Shown here piece after piece: positions 36,562 through 46,714 of a DNA stretch of 64,000 nucleotides. The notes beneath the pieces were generated by a model. The model worked only from the letters and a program-made list of their open reading frames with translations, was not told the origin of the DNA and did no database searches. Positions within the stretch are counted from its first letter, which is position 1. Each line of letters opens with the position of its first letter. Source of the stretch: Desulfurivibrionaceae bacterium (GTDB taxonomy: Bacteria; Desulfobacterota; Desulfobulbia; Desulfobulbales; UBA5123); the NCBI GenBank assembly GCA_030145325.1, contig JAQYVW010000002.1, positions 5,619-69,618 of the forward strand, read 5' to 3'. The translations under genes were made by a program, and so were the position numbers.

Positions 36562-37137
36562 TTATGGTTTTATGTGGATAATTCGTTCTTCGGTGACCAG
36601 ATAGTTCAACCGCTGATCGTGGGGTAGCAGCGGCACTGACTCCACCAGTTGCATCTCATAGGCGATGCCGATGCGCAAGGCCTGCGGAGCCTGATCTGTG
36701 AGGAAACGGTCATAGTAGCCGCCGCCGTAACCAAGGCGACCGCCATTGGCATCGAAAACCGAGCCGGGCAGGATGACCACATCGATACCAAGGGGATCAA
36801 AAAGAGGAGTTCGGCTAGGGTCTGGCTCTGGAATGTTGCAGTATCCCAGAATAAGTTGTTGTTGTGGGTCGGTAAGGCGATAGGGATCCAGTCGTTTTTC
36901 CTTGGTCAGGGTCAGTGGCACGCTCACCTCTTTATGAAGGGCAAGGCTACGGTTAATCAGGTCGCTGGTTTCCACCTCACTGCGGAAATGGACGTAAATA
37001 AACGGGGCGTGGGAGTCGGCAAAGGGGGCAAGCTGCCAGAGATGCTCAGCGATGGCGCTGCTGTTGGTCTTTCGTGCTGACTCCGGCAAGGCATCGCGGG
37101 CAGCGAGGATGGTTTTGCGTAAGCTGTGGCGATCCAT
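36562..37137 (-). CDS. 5-formyltetrahydrofolate cyclo-ligase
   Basis: The start is set at the ATG at 37137 (MDRHSLRKTILAARDALP). C-terminal motifs are DVVILPGSVFDANGGRLGYGGGYYDRFL. Confidence 0.8.
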   Translation of the reverse strand: MDRHSLRKTILAARDALPESARKTNSSAIAEHLWQLAPFADSHAPFIYVHFRSEVETSDLINRSLALHKEVSVPLTLTKEKRLDPYRLTDPQQQLILGYCNIPEPDPSRTPLFDPLGIDVVILPGSVFDANGGRLGYGGGYYDRFLTDQAPQALRIGIAYEMQLVESVPLLPHDQRLNYLVTEERIIHIKP

Positions 37138-37308
37138 GGCGATATTGGGGCCTCGTGGGGTGGAGATGATAAATGAAACCAGGGCTACTTTACAGTGGCC
37201 GCAGATTAATCCGAGAAGGGGACAAATGCAAGTTTGCCCTGGCAAGGGTCTAAAAGTGCCTGACTGTTGATTTCCGTCACTGTTTATTGCTAGACTGCAC
37301 GCAATCTC

Positions 37309-37338
37309 CTTGACTTTGCCGCTTCGCCTGATTTATTT
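37309..37338 (+). promoter_or_regulatory. Possible sigma-70-type promoter for the rSAM-ArsM fusion operon
   Basis: TTGACT (37309-37314), an 18-nt spacer, then TATTTA (37333-37338), about 70 nt upstream of the ATG at 37409. The -10 element matches the consensus at only 4 of 6 positions. Confidence 0.25.
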
Positions 37339-37408
37339 AAGCAAATGGTTTGCTTCTGTTCCCGGCGGAATCTTCTGCTCCGAAACGACTCTCGTCTAAC
37401 TGGATATA

Positions 37409-40400
37409 ATGATTATGAATTACACACAACTATGGCAACGGCTGGAAGCAGCCGGGCAGCCTGTCTATGTGCAAGGGGACAAGCCGGACTGGTTGGTTCC
37501 TGATCTGCCCACCGATGAACTTTTGCAACAGTTGCAGGTAGGGGGAACCGCTGCAGATCTTTTAAGCCGGGAACGGTTGTTGGGTCAACTGGACCCTGCC
37601 TCAGGAAGGCCATATCAAGGGCGGGGCGGCAGTCTGCAATTAACCGAGTTAAAGGAATGCTGGTTTCATCTTACCGATAACTGTAATTTGGCTTGCCGTC
37701 ACTGTCTGTTCAGCGCTTCGCCGGCGGCAACCCGCACCCTGAGCAGAGCGCAGCTTGAAAAGGGGTTAGGCGAAGCCCGCGCCCTTGGCTGCACCCTTTT
37801 CTATTTCACTGGTGGCGAGCCCTTTGTCTATCCTGATTTTGTTGCCATTCTCGCCGATCTTCTTCGGGATCAGGCCGTGCATGCGGTGGTGTTAACCAAC
37901 GGGATGCTCTTGGGTGAGCATCTTGCGGCCCTGGCGCAATTGCCCGCTGACCGCCTGCATCTGCAAATCAGTATGGACGGCCTTGAGGAAAATCATCAAC
38001 GGTTGCGTGGTGCGGGTACCTTTTCGCGCTTACTGGCCAATCTTGAGGCTATTCAAGGCGCCGGGTTTGCGGTCACCCTGTCGGTGGCGGTGAATAGCGC
38101 TAATGTTGATGAGTTACCTGCGCTGGTGGAGTTTGCCGCTGCCCATGGGGTGAAGAATGTCCATTTGCTCTGGCATTTTGTCCGGGGCAAGGGCAGTCTG
38201 GCGCAGTTTGTGGAACCGGCGCTGATTTTGCCGCAGTTGCTCGCGGCCCAGAAGGTGGCCGAAGCAAGAGGGGTTATTATTGATAATGTTGAATCCCTGC
38301 GCAGTCAGGTGTTCAGCACCCCCGGCACCCGTTTTGACCTGAGCAACACCGCCTGGGAGTCGCTGGCGGTGGGGCCGGATGGGATGATCTATCCTTCTCC
38401 GGCCCTGGTGGGGATGGAGGAGTTAAACTGCGGTGCTCTTGCCCATGGCCTGGCCACGGTTTGGCGACAAAGCCCGGTTCTGCAGAAGATTAGGGCCACT
38501 TCGCTCATTGATGCCAGCCAATATCAAGAAAATCCGTTGGCTTTGATCATCGGCGGTGGCGACATCGATCACAGCTATCTGGCCGGGGGGGATTTTGTCG
38601 GCCATGATCCTTATCTGGAGCTTTATAATGGGTTGGCCCTCTGGTTGATTAGCGAGCAGGCCCTTCGTTATCCCAATCCACAGGCTGGCGATATCCTCCT
38701 CAGGATGGGCGACGTGCGTTATGATTGCCCCGAAAGTAGTGATGTCGCCCTCACCCATTGTAATTGTGTGATTTCCCTGGCCGATGATCGGGGTCATAGT
38801 TCGGTGCGGGAGTTTTACGGGGCGGCGGCGGTTAACGCCAACGAGGAGATCGCCAACCCCTTTGCCCCGGCTCAGGCTGAGGCTGAGGCTGATTATATCC
38901 CGACGGAGGTGAAGAAAAAATCCTACGGCTGCGGCAGTCCGGTAAGTGATGCGGCTTTACAGGCTGGTGAGGTGCTGGTTGATCTCGGCAGTGGCAGTGG
39001 CATTGAGTGTTTCATGGCGGCGGCGAAGGTGGGGGCCGAAGGCAGGGTATACGGCATCGACATGACCGATGAGATGCTCAAGTTGGCCCGGAAGTCGCAA
39101 GCAGAGGTGACGACAAAGCTTGGCTACGACAATATCGAGTTCAAGAAAGGTTTTCTCGAAGATCTTCCTCTGGATAATGATAGCGCCGACGCAGTGATCT
39201 CCAACTGTGTGATCAACTTAAGCCCGGACAAACGACAAACCTTTCATGAGATCCACCGGATCTTGAAGCCGGGTGGTCGGTTGGTGGTTTCCGATATCGT
39301 CACCGATGGAACGATCCCGGTGTGGATCAAAAACGATGCGCAGTTTCGTGGTGAATGTCTGGGTGGTGCCCTCCAGCAAGAGCAGTTGCTGGCCATGTTG
39401 CGGGCGGCGGGCTTTGGCGGCCTCACCTTGGTGAAGCGCTTTCCCTATCGCCAGGAGGGGGGGGTAACTTTTTATTCCCTGACCTTCCGGGCCTATAAAC
39501 CCACTCCGGCGCAGGAGGTGGAGGTAATCTATCGTGGCCCTTTTGCGGCGGTGAGTACTGAGTCCGGCGTGTTGTTGCCGCGTGGTCGCCGAGTAAGGAT
39601 TTCCCTCTCTGAGGCGGGCACCTTGGACGATTCGGTGTTTGTGGTTGACCCGGCTGGCGCGGTGGTCAATATGAGCCTCAGCAATAGTTGTTGCGATGCT
39701 GCGCCCCAGCCCACCTTGATGCCCCTTGCTGATCTCGCTCCCGTGCCGCAGGCACCTAGTTGTTGCGGGGGGGAGGAGCAACCGGCAGAGGTTGCTGCCG
39801 AAAAGATTGTACCTTTGGGGCTGCTGATAACGTCGCCAACGCCCACCAATAATGGTCGCCACCAGGCCGGGTGCATGGTCTGTGGTGGCGATCTTTCTTA
39901 CCTTGCCAAGGCCGAGAGGGCTGAATGCTATTACTGTGGCGGCAATCAACGGGTTAACGCGGTCTGCGGTCAGGGCCATTATGTCTGTGACGACTGTCAT
40001 CAGCAGGATGGTCTTTCCGCCATCCGCTTGCTCTGTGCCGAAACCAAAGAAAAGGATATGCTCACCCTCTTGGCCAAGATTCGCCGTCATCCGGCCATCC
40101 CCATGCATGGGCCGGAACATCACGCCATGGTGCCGGGGATTATCCTTGCCACCTATCGTAACCAGGGTGGGCCCATCAGTCGGGAGGACATCTTGACCGG
40201 CATTGAGCGGGGTAGCAAGGTGCCCGGTGGTGTTTGTGGTTTCTGGGGGAACTGCGGGGCCGCGGCGGGGGTGGGGATCGCCTTCAGCGTTATTCTTAAG
40301 GCCACGCCTCTTACCGCTGCCAGTCGTCAGCAGGCACAGGCCATCACTGCCCAGGTTTTGCGCAGGATCGCGGCGGTGAAGGGTGGGCGGTGTTGCCAGC

Positions 40401-40585
40401 GGGAAACAACCACCGCATTGCAGGAGGCCGCAACGTTTTCGGTGGGGATCTTACCGGTTTCCCTGTTGGCGGAAGATGTGTCGGCCTGTGAGCAATTTCA
40501 GCGCAACAAGGAATGCATTCGCAAGCAGTGCCCGCTTTGGGCTGAGTCCACAAAAGGTGAAGTTTCCTCAGGAGAGCGGTCATGA
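37409..40585 (+). CDS. Tri-domain fusion: radical SAM domain, ArsM-type As(III) S-adenosylmethionine methyltransferase, and a C-terminal Cys/His-rich (DUF5714-like) domain (1058 aa)
   Basis: rSAM: CWFHLTDNCNLACRHC (C92/C96/C99), FTGGEPF, and a cysteine-less SPASM-like hairpin VGPDGMIYPSP. ArsM core: SYGCGSP (C508), VLVDLGSGSGIECF, YGIDMTDEML, ISNCVINLSPDK (C600), LKPGGRLVVSDIV and GECLGGAL (C650). CC pairs occur at residues 761-762 and 785-786. C-terminus: CMVCGG...CYYCGG...CDDCH, HGPEHHAMVPG, GVCGFWGNCGAA and GGRCCQRE. Confidence 0.8.
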   Translation: MIMNYTQLWQRLEAAGQPVYVQGDKPDWLVPDLPTDELLQQLQVGGTAADLLSRERLLGQLDPASGRPYQGRGGSLQLTELKECWFHLTDNCNLACRHCLFSASPAATRTLSRAQLEKGLGEARALGCTLFYFTGGEPFVYPDFVAILADLLRDQAVHAVVLTNGMLLGEHLAALAQLPADRLHLQISMDGLEENHQRLRGAGTFSRLLANLEAIQGAGFAVTLSVAVNSANVDELPALVEFAAAHGVKNVHLLWHFVRGKGSLAQFVEPALILPQLLAAQKVAEARGVIIDNVESLRSQVFSTPGTRFDLSNTAWESLAVGPDGMIYPSPALVGMEELNCGALAHGLATVWRQSPVLQKIRATSLIDASQYQENPLALIIGGGDIDHSYLAGGDFVGHDPYLELYNGLALWLISEQALRYPNPQAGDILLRMGDVRYDCPESSDVALTHCNCVISLADDRGHSSVREFYGAAAVNANEEIANPFAPAQAEAEADYIPTEVKKKSYGCGSPVSDAALQAGEVLVDLGSGSGIECFMAAAKVGAEGRVYGIDMTDEMLKLARKSQAEVTTKLGYDNIEFKKGFLEDLPLDNDSADAVISNCVINLSPDKRQTFHEIHRILKPGGRLVVSDIVTDGTIPVWIKNDAQFRGECLGGALQQEQLLAMLRAAGFGGLTLVKRFPYRQEGGVTFYSLTFRAYKPTPAQEVEVIYRGPFAAVSTESGVLLPRGRRVRISLSEAGTLDDSVFVVDPAGAVVNMSLSNSCCDAAPQPTLMPLADLAPVPQAPSCCGGEEQPAEVAAEKIVPLGLLITSPTPTNNGRHQAGCMVCGGDLSYLAKAERAECYYCGGNQRVNAVCGQGHYVCDDCHQQDGLSAIRLLCAETKEKDMLTLLAKIRRHPAIPMHGPEHHAMVPGIILATYRNQGGPISREDILTGIERGSKVPGGVCGFWGNCGAAAGVGIAFSVILKATPLTAASRQQAQAITAQVLRRIAAVKGGRCCQRETTTALQEAATFSVGILPVSLLAEDVSACEQFQRNKECIRKQCPLWAESTKGEVSSGERS

Positions 40586-41265
40586 GCAAGGAGCCGGTAG
40601 CAAAGAAAGGGTTTGGCAAAGCGGCAATACTGCTGCTTTTTCTGGTGGTGGCGGTGATCATCTTTCGCTATACGCCGGTTAATGAATGGATTGCGCCGTC
40701 ACGGCTCCGGGAGTTGGTGGAGAGTTTTGGGGTTTGGAGCCCGTTGGTTTTTATCCTGATCTATGCGGTGGGGGTCTGTTTTTTTCTGCCTGCCACCCTC
40801 TTCACCGGGCTCGGGGCCTTGTTATTTGGCACTATGTATGGGTTTATCTATAATGAAATCGCCGCATTGCTAGGGGCGTCGGCAGCATTTTTCATCGGTC
40901 GTTATCTGGGCCGTGATTTTGCTGCTTCCTTGATCGGTGACCGCTTGCAAAAGTATGATGACAAGATTGCTGCCAACGGTTTTACCACCACCCTTTATCT
41001 GCGACTGCTATTCTTTCCCTTTACCCCCCTCAACTTCGGGATGGGGTTGACCAGGGTGACCTTTCGGGATTATTTTTTGGGTACCCTGTTCGGGATCATC
41101 GCCGGTGGCTTTGTCATGACCTTTTTCTTTGCCACCCTGGCTGAGGTCTGGGGCAGTGGAGACTGGTCGCAGTTGCTGGGCTGGAAAACTTTTCTGTCGC
41201 TGGCGTTGTTTGGCGGTTCTTTTATGATCCCCAAGGTGGTCAAAAAACTGAAGCCGGAAATATAA
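40582..41265 (+). CDS. TVP38/TMEM64 (DedA-related, SNARE-associated) family membrane protein
   Basis: YAVGVCFFLPATLFTGLGALLFGTMYGFIYNEIAALLGASAAFFIGRYLGRDF is the family core. Its ATG overlaps the fusion gene stop (ATGA at 40582-40585). Confidence 0.8.
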   Translation: MSKEPVAKKGFGKAAILLLFLVVAVIIFRYTPVNEWIAPSRLRELVESFGVWSPLVFILIYAVGVCFFLPATLFTGLGALLFGTMYGFIYNEIAALLGASAAFFIGRYLGRDFAASLIGDRLQKYDDKIAANGFTTTLYLRLLFFPFTPLNFGMGLTRVTFRDYFLGTLFGIIAGGFVMTFFFATLAEVWGSGDWSQLLGWKTFLSLALFGGSFMIPKVVKKLKPEI

Positions 41266-41267
41266 TC

Positions 41268-42098
41268 ATGCCGGAACTTCCGGAAGTAGAGGTAATCAAG
41301 CAGGGTTTAGCGCCGCTGGTGGTGGGGCGACGGGTGGAGCAGGTCGTCAGTAGCGGCAAGAAGCTGCGGCTGCCGATCCCCATTGTCCAGTTGCAGGGTG
41401 GGCTGCCGGGGAGCAGGATTGTTGCGGTTGAGCGGCGGGCCAAGTTTCTCATCTTGCGCACTGACCGCGAAGATATGCTGGTCATCCATCTCGGGATGAC
41501 CGGGCGAGTAGGGATTTTTGCTGCCGGTACTCTCCGCGCCCGCCATGACCACCTCTGCTTCCTGCTGGACAACGGCTTTGAGATGCGGTTCAATGATGCG
41601 CGGCGATTCGGTTCGGTACAATTCTTTTCAGCCGCCCAGTTAGGTGAGATAGATCCTTTCGCCAACCTTGGCCCGGAGCCATTGGGGAAAAAGTTTACTG
41701 TCGCCCATTTGCAAAAGTGTGCGAAGGGGCGGCGGCTGCCGGTAAAAGGTTTTCTGATGGAGAACCGGGTGGTGGTGGGGATCGGCAATATCTACGCCAG
41801 CGAGACTCTTTTTGCGGCCGGGATTCATCCCCTTACGCCAGCGGGTTCTCTGGTTGCAGAACAGTGGCAAGCCATTGTCCGCTGGGCCAGAAAGGTGCTG
41901 CGGCGGGCCATTAAAGCTGGCGGTACCACCATTTCCGATTATGTGAATGCTGGTGGCGAATCAGGTTATTTTCAATTGGAGCTGGCGGTTTATGGTCGTT
42001 TCGGTCAACCCTGCCGCAGCTGTAAGACAAGTATTGAACGGATTCTGGTGGGTGGTCGCGCCACCTTTTTTTGTCCCCTCTGTCAAGGTCATAGATAA
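41268..42098 (+). CDS. mutM: Formamidopyrimidine-DNA glycosylase
   Basis: MPELPEVE N-terminus and the C-terminal zinc finger CRSCKTSIERILVGGRATFFCPLCQ. Confidence 0.9.
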   Translation: MPELPEVEVIKQGLAPLVVGRRVEQVVSSGKKLRLPIPIVQLQGGLPGSRIVAVERRAKFLILRTDREDMLVIHLGMTGRVGIFAAGTLRARHDHLCFLLDNGFEMRFNDARRFGSVQFFSAAQLGEIDPFANLGPEPLGKKFTVAHLQKCAKGRRLPVKGFLMENRVVVGIGNIYASETLFAAGIHPLTPAGSLVAEQWQAIVRWARKVLRRAIKAGGTTISDYVNAGGESGYFQLELAVYGRFGQPCRSCKTSIERILVGGRATFFCPLCQGHR

Positions 42099-42103
42099 AC
42101 AAG

Positions 42104-42892
42104 ATGCTTCCCTATCCTGAGATTGATCCGGCCATTATTCATCTCGGGCCGTTCCAGGTTCGCTGGTATGGCTTGATGTATGTGCTTGGTTTCTTAGCCG
42201 CCTATCATTTGGTGCGACATCAGATCAAGAAATTTGCTCTCCGGGGGCTGGCTGAACATTTTGAAAACCTTAATTTTGTTCTGCTGGTGGGGCTCATCCT
42301 CGGCGGTCGCTTGGGCTATGTCTTTTTCTATAATCCCAGTTATTACTTTGCCCATCCAGGTGAGATCATCGCCACCTGGCATGGCGGGATGTCTTTTCAT
42401 GGTGCCTTAATCGGGTTGCTTCTGGGCGGAATTTACTTCTGTCGTCGTCACCAGCTTGATTTCTGGCAGACCGCCGATGTCTATGTGGCGGCCATTCCCA
42501 TTGGTCTTGGTTTGGGCAGGATTGGCAACTTTATCAACGGCGAGTTATACGGGCGGGTGAGTGAGGTGCCGTGGGCGATGATTTTCCCCGGTGGCGGGCC
42601 ACTTCCTCGGCATCCTTCGCAGCTCTATGAATGTTTGCTGGAGGGAGTATTGCTCTTTGTCATCCTCTGGCGGCTGAAGGAAAACCGCTGGCCCACCGGA
42701 TTCATGTTGGCTTTGTTTTTGGTTGCTTACGGGCTGGTGCGTTCCTTGGTGGAGTTGTTCCGGCAGCCGGATCCGCAGTTAGGTTTTCTTTTCGCTTCGC
42801 TGACCATGGGCCAGTTGTTAAGCGGGTTGATGATTCTCGGCGGTGGTTTGATTTTTCTTTTCCGGCGACGACGTGGTATCGGTGATCCATGA
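42104..42892 (+). CDS. lgt: Prolipoprotein diacylglyceryl transferase
   Basis: IHLGPFQVRWYGLMYVLGFL, GGRLGYVFFYN, HGGMSFHGALIG, GRIGNFINGELYGR and HPSQLYE. Confidence 0.9.
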   Translation: MLPYPEIDPAIIHLGPFQVRWYGLMYVLGFLAAYHLVRHQIKKFALRGLAEHFENLNFVLLVGLILGGRLGYVFFYNPSYYFAHPGEIIATWHGGMSFHGALIGLLLGGIYFCRRHQLDFWQTADVYVAAIPIGLGLGRIGNFINGELYGRVSEVPWAMIFPGGGPLPRHPSQLYECLLEGVLLFVILWRLKENRWPTGFMLALFLVAYGLVRSLVELFRQPDPQLGFLFASLTMGQLLSGLMILGGGLIFLFRRRRGIGDP

Positions 42893-42950
42893 CCGCTTGA
42901 CGGTGAGAACCTCTTTAAAGTATGGTGATGGGATCGTCGTTTTAGGGACT

Positions 42951-43044
42951 AGTGCCCGTCCATAAATGGTCTTTTCGCAGTCGTCGGAGTCTCGTAAACT
43001 CATGTTCCTGATCTACGACAAATCCTCATTGATGGGCAGACACT
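42951..43044. repeat. MITE-like element, short (internally deleted) copy A
   Basis: The left end is agtgcccgtccataaatggtcttttcgcag and the right end is gatctacgacaaatcctcattgatgggcagacact. Both ends match the copy at 59061-59203, and the ends are imperfect inverted repeats of each other. It is intergenic between lgt and the M16 peptidase gene. Confidence 0.6.
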
Positions 43045-43113
43045 AATTAAATGATAATAAATCCAAGTAATTTCAATATCCGCCGTCTTGGCGGAGAGAG
43101 GAGCGGGTTTCCG

Positions 43114-45912
43114 ATGAGACGGCAGTTCGTACCTGTTTTTTTCTTACTTTTCACAATCCTAGGCATGATGACTATGACAAGCAGACAAAGTAAGGCAGCT
43201 CTTTTGGCACCGCATCTGTACAAGAAGACGCTGGATAATGGCCTGACCCTGTTGGTTAAGGAGACCCCCGGCACCAAGGTCGCCACCGTGCAGATCTGGG
43301 TCAAGGCCGGTAGCGCTTTTGAGGAGCCCAATGAGGCGGGGATCACCCATCTCATTGAGCACATGATCTTCAAGGGCACTCCCACTCGCGGTCCCGGTGA
43401 GTTGGCTGAGGCCATTGAAGGGGTGGGCGGTCAGATCAATGCCTATACCTCCTATGATTACACGGTCTATCATGCCACTTTATCCTCCCGCTCCTGGGGG
43501 CTGGCCATGGATGTCTTGACTGACGCGGTGCTCAATTCCACCTTTGATGCCGATGAACTAGAGCGAGAAAAAAAGGTGGTTCTTGAAGAGCTTTATATGC
43601 GCCGTGACCGGCCCGGTACCAAGCTCTTTGAAAGGTTGATGGCCGAGGCATACACCACCCATCCGTATCGGAAGCCCATTATCGGCACCGAGGAGAGTGT
43701 TTCTTCGTTTACCCGTGAAGACATCCTTCACTATATGGAAAAACACTACCAGGCCAATAATCTGACCGTGGTGGTGGTTGGCGATGTTACCTATCAGGAG
43801 GTGCGTGATAAGGTGGTTAAGCTGATGGGAGAACTCGCCGACGGCAATGGCAAGTCGCCTTCGTTGCCGGTGGAGCCACCCCGCACTGAAGCTAACCTCT
43901 TTGTGGTCAAGGATGATGTGCAGCAGAGCCATATGGCTCTCGCCTTTCCCGTCTCAGCCTTTGCTAATCCTGATACTGCGGTGCTGGATGTGCTCAGCAT
44001 CATTCTTGGCCAGGGGCAAAGTTCACGTCTCTATCATCGTCTGCGGGATGAAAAAGGGTTGGTCTATCGTATTGATGCTTCGGCTTTTACTCCCCGTGAT
44101 CCAGGTTTGCTTGAGGTCACCGCAACCTTGGCGATTGAAAACGGGTTGCCCACCCTTGAAAATACGCTGGAGGAGGTATTTAAGCTTAAGTATGTACCGG
44201 TGAGCGAGGATGAACTGGAGCGGGCCAAGCGGAATCTCGAAAGTGATTTTGTTTTTAATCTGGAACGTATGGAAGGTCAGGCCCGGGTATTGGGCTCTTT
44301 TCAGTTTCTGGCCGGTGATCCCCGCGAGGATGATTACTTGGCGCAGGTGCGGGCGGTTACCCGTGAGGATATTCAACGGGTGGCGGCCAAGTATTTACAG
44401 ACCGATAGCCTGATTGCCGGATTTTTGATACCTGCCGACGCCACCCTTGATGATAACCTTGATAATTTCAAGGCGCTCATCGCCAAGGCCGATGTTGCTG
44501 CTCTGCATGCTGCCCCAACCTCTTTGGTCGCCGATTCGTTTCTGCCCAATATGCACCGGTTTGTCCTACCCAACGGCATCCGGTTGGTGGTAAGGGAGAA
44601 TCCGGCCGTGCCCACGGTGGCGGTGCGGGTGGTTTTTCCCGGTGGTCTGCGGGGTGAATCCAAGGCGACCAACGGCGCTTTTGCCTTGATCTCCGATCTG
44701 TTGACCAAGGGTACTGCTAAGATGTCGGCTCGGGAGTTGGCCGTTGCCGTAGCTGATATGGCTGGTGATGTGCGAGGTTTTAACGGTAAGAACACCTTTG
44801 GCATTCGCGGTGATTTTCTGGCCCGCTATTTTGACTCGGGGATGGGGTTTATTCGCGATGTTATTCGCACCCCGAGTTTTGATTCGGCTGAAGCCGAGAA
44901 GATTAGGCCGGAACTTCTTGCCCTGCTCAAACAACAGGAAGATTCCCTGCCATCCCTGGCTTTTCGTGAGTTTAACCGGGTTCTTTTTCAGGGCCATCCG
45001 TACGGGTTGAATACCGTTGGCTCTGCTGAGGTTCTTGGCCATATGGATACCGCGGAACTCAAAAAAATGTATGAGGAGTATGCGCGCCCCGAGCAGATGG
45101 TAATCTCTGTGGCCGGTGACGTGGATGCCGAGGAGGTGCATAAAACCATCGTCGGCATGTTTGGTGACTGGCAGGTTGTAAATGTTGCTGGGGCGGAGGG
45201 GAGTGAAGAGATCCTTCCGCCTGATCCGCCCCCGTCACCGAAGATCGTCAACATTGATCGTGACAAGGAGCAGGTACATCTGATCATCGGTTTTCTCGGT
45301 GCTACCCTGACCAGTGATGATCGTTATGCCCTTGAGATACTTGATACGGCCCTCAGTGGTCAGAGCGGTCGCTTGTTCACCCAGCTGCGAGATAAGCAGA
45401 GTCTGGCCTACAGCCTTTCTTCGTTTTCCTTGCAGGGACTCGATACAGGCTCTTTCGGCATCTATATCGGCACCAGCCCGGATAAGAAGGCTGAGGCGGT
45501 GAAAGCGATGTGGCGGGAACTGTACCGGGTTCGCGAGGAACCCCTTGGCGATGATGAATTGCAGCGGGCCAAGAATGTGGTTGTCGGCCATTACGAGCTG
45601 GGCTTGCAAACTCACAGTGCGCAAGCCCTTGAGGCGGCGTTGGATGAAACCTATGGGCTGGGCCTTGACTTCGGTAATCGCTACGTGAAATCGGTTGAGG
45701 AGGTTACCGCTGAGCAGGTGCGGGAAGTTGCCCGTAAATATATCCAACCGGATAACTATGTGATGGTCAGTGTCGGCGCTGAGGAGGCTGCGGTGCTTGT
45801 GGAGAGTGGTGAGTCAGCCGCGATCATCACCCCGGCTGAGACTGGAACTGTCGAGAAACCAGCCCAAACCGCGCCTGCCTCCAAAGATGCACCGGCAGCG
45901 GAACAGGAGTGA
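43114..45912 (+). CDS. Secreted M16 (pitrilysin/insulinase) family zinc peptidase, fused active plus inactive halves
   Basis: The start is taken at the ATG at 43114 ([22 protein letters not shown], a signal sequence). The first half carries the inverted zinc motif [11 protein letters not shown]. The second M16-like half begins near [14 protein letters not shown] and lacks HxxEH. Confidence 0.85.
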   Translation: MRRQFVPVFFLLFTILGMMTMTSRQSKAALLAPHLYKKTLDNGLTLLVKETPGTKVATVQIWVKAGSAFEEPNEAGITHLIEHMIFKGTPTRGPGELAEAIEGVGGQINAYTSYDYTVYHATLSSRSWGLAMDVLTDAVLNSTFDADELEREKKVVLEELYMRRDRPGTKLFERLMAEAYTTHPYRKPIIGTEESVSSFTREDILHYMEKHYQANNLTVVVVGDVTYQEVRDKVVKLMGELADGNGKSPSLPVEPPRTEANLFVVKDDVQQSHMALAFPVSAFANPDTAVLDVLSIILGQGQSSRLYHRLRDEKGLVYRIDASAFTPRDPGLLEVTATLAIENGLPTLENTLEEVFKLKYVPVSEDELERAKRNLESDFVFNLERMEGQARVLGSFQFLAGDPREDDYLAQVRAVTREDIQRVAAKYLQTDSLIAGFLIPADATLDDNLDNFKALIAKADVAALHAAPTSLVADSFLPNMHRFVLPNGIRLVVRENPAVPTVAVRVVFPGGLRGESKATNGAFALISDLLTKGTAKMSARELAVAVADMAGDVRGFNGKNTFGIRGDFLARYFDSGMGFIRDVIRTPSFDSAEAEKIRPELLALLKQQEDSLPSLAFREFNRVLFQGHPYGLNTVGSAEVLGHMDTAELKKMYEEYARPEQMVISVAGDVDAEEVHKTIVGMFGDWQVVNVAGAEGSEEILPPDPPPSPKIVNIDRDKEQVHLIIGFLGATLTSDDRYALEILDTALSGQSGRLFTQLRDKQSLAYSLSSFSLQGLDTGSFGIYIGTSPDKKAEAVKAMWRELYRVREEPLGDDELQRAKNVVVGHYELGLQTHSAQALEAALDETYGLGLDFGNRYVKSVEEVTAEQVREVARKYIQPDNYVMVSVGAEEAAVLVESGESAAIITPAETGTVEKPAQTAPASKDAPAAEQE

Positions 45913-45917
45913 GGACA

Positions 45918-46580
45918 ATGATGCAAAAGAAGATGATAGCCCCTTCCATCCTTTCCGCCGACTTTAGTCGCCTTGGCGAGGAGATTACGGCGGTGGCCAA
46001 GGCTGGCGCTGATATTATCCATATCGATGTTATGGATGGTCATTTTGTCCCTAATATTACCATCGGCCCGCTGGTGGTCGATGCGGTGCGGAAGATTACC
46101 GATCTGCCTCTGGATGTCCATTTGATGATTGCCGATCCTGATCGCTATCTCGAAGACTTTGCTGCGGCTGGCGCGGACTGGATCACGGTTCATGTGGAAA
46201 CCTGTCCGCATCTGCACCGAACCATTCAAGGGATCAAAGATCTAGGTAAAAAGGCGGGGGCGGTGCTTAATCCTGCCACTCCATTAGAGAGCCTTGATTA
46301 TGTTTTGGATGATTTGGATTTGGTGATGTTGATGAGTGTTAACCCCGGCTTTGGCGGGCAGTCATTTATCCCTTCGGCCATTACCAAGATCCGTAAATTA
46401 AAAGAGATGATCGATGCGCGCGGCTTAGCCACTGGCATTGAGATGGATGGTGGTATCAGCCCGAAAAATTTGGCTGAGGTGGCGGCAGCCGGGGCCAATA
46501 TCTTTGTTGCCGGCTCTGCGGTTTTTGGGCAGCCAGATTATGCTGCCGTGATCAGCGAGATGAAAAAGATTTTGGGATGA
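45918..46580 (+). CDS. rpe: Ribulose-phosphate 3-epimerase
   Basis: [41 protein letters not shown] and DGGI. The start is among the ATGs at 45918-45933; the track ORF begins at GTG 45909. Confidence 0.9.
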   Translation: MMQKKMIAPSILSADFSRLGEEITAVAKAGADIIHIDVMDGHFVPNITIGPLVVDAVRKITDLPLDVHLMIADPDRYLEDFAAAGADWITVHVETCPHLHRTIQGIKDLGKKAGAVLNPATPLESLDYVLDDLDLVMLMSVNPGFGGQSFIPSAITKIRKLKEMIDARGLATGIEMDGGISPKNLAEVAAAGANIFVAGSAVFGQPDYAAVISEMKKILG

Positions 46581-46630
46581 AGATCTTTTAAGTTTGCCGA
46601 AAGTTGTTAAGGCACGGTGAATGAAAAAAA

Positions 46631-46669
46631 AGCGGGGGAGACATTGAAAATGTCTCCCCCGCTTTTTTT
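46631..46669. terminator. Bidirectional rho-independent terminator between convergent rpe and the EIDALL-repeat gene
   Basis: A 13-bp perfect stem (agcgggggagaca / tgtctcccccgct), flanked by an A-run (46624-46630) and a T-run (46664-46669). Confidence 0.85.
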
Positions 46670-46714
46670 GTCAATCAACTCGAGGGTTTCTTGGAAGCCC
46701 TATGTTGTTATTGA

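Noticed and set aside
43114-45912. A 930-aa M16 peptidase with two tandem halves, considered as an unusual gene fusion
   Set aside because: Fused active plus inactive M16 halves in one secreted polypeptide are a common, well-known arrangement in this family.
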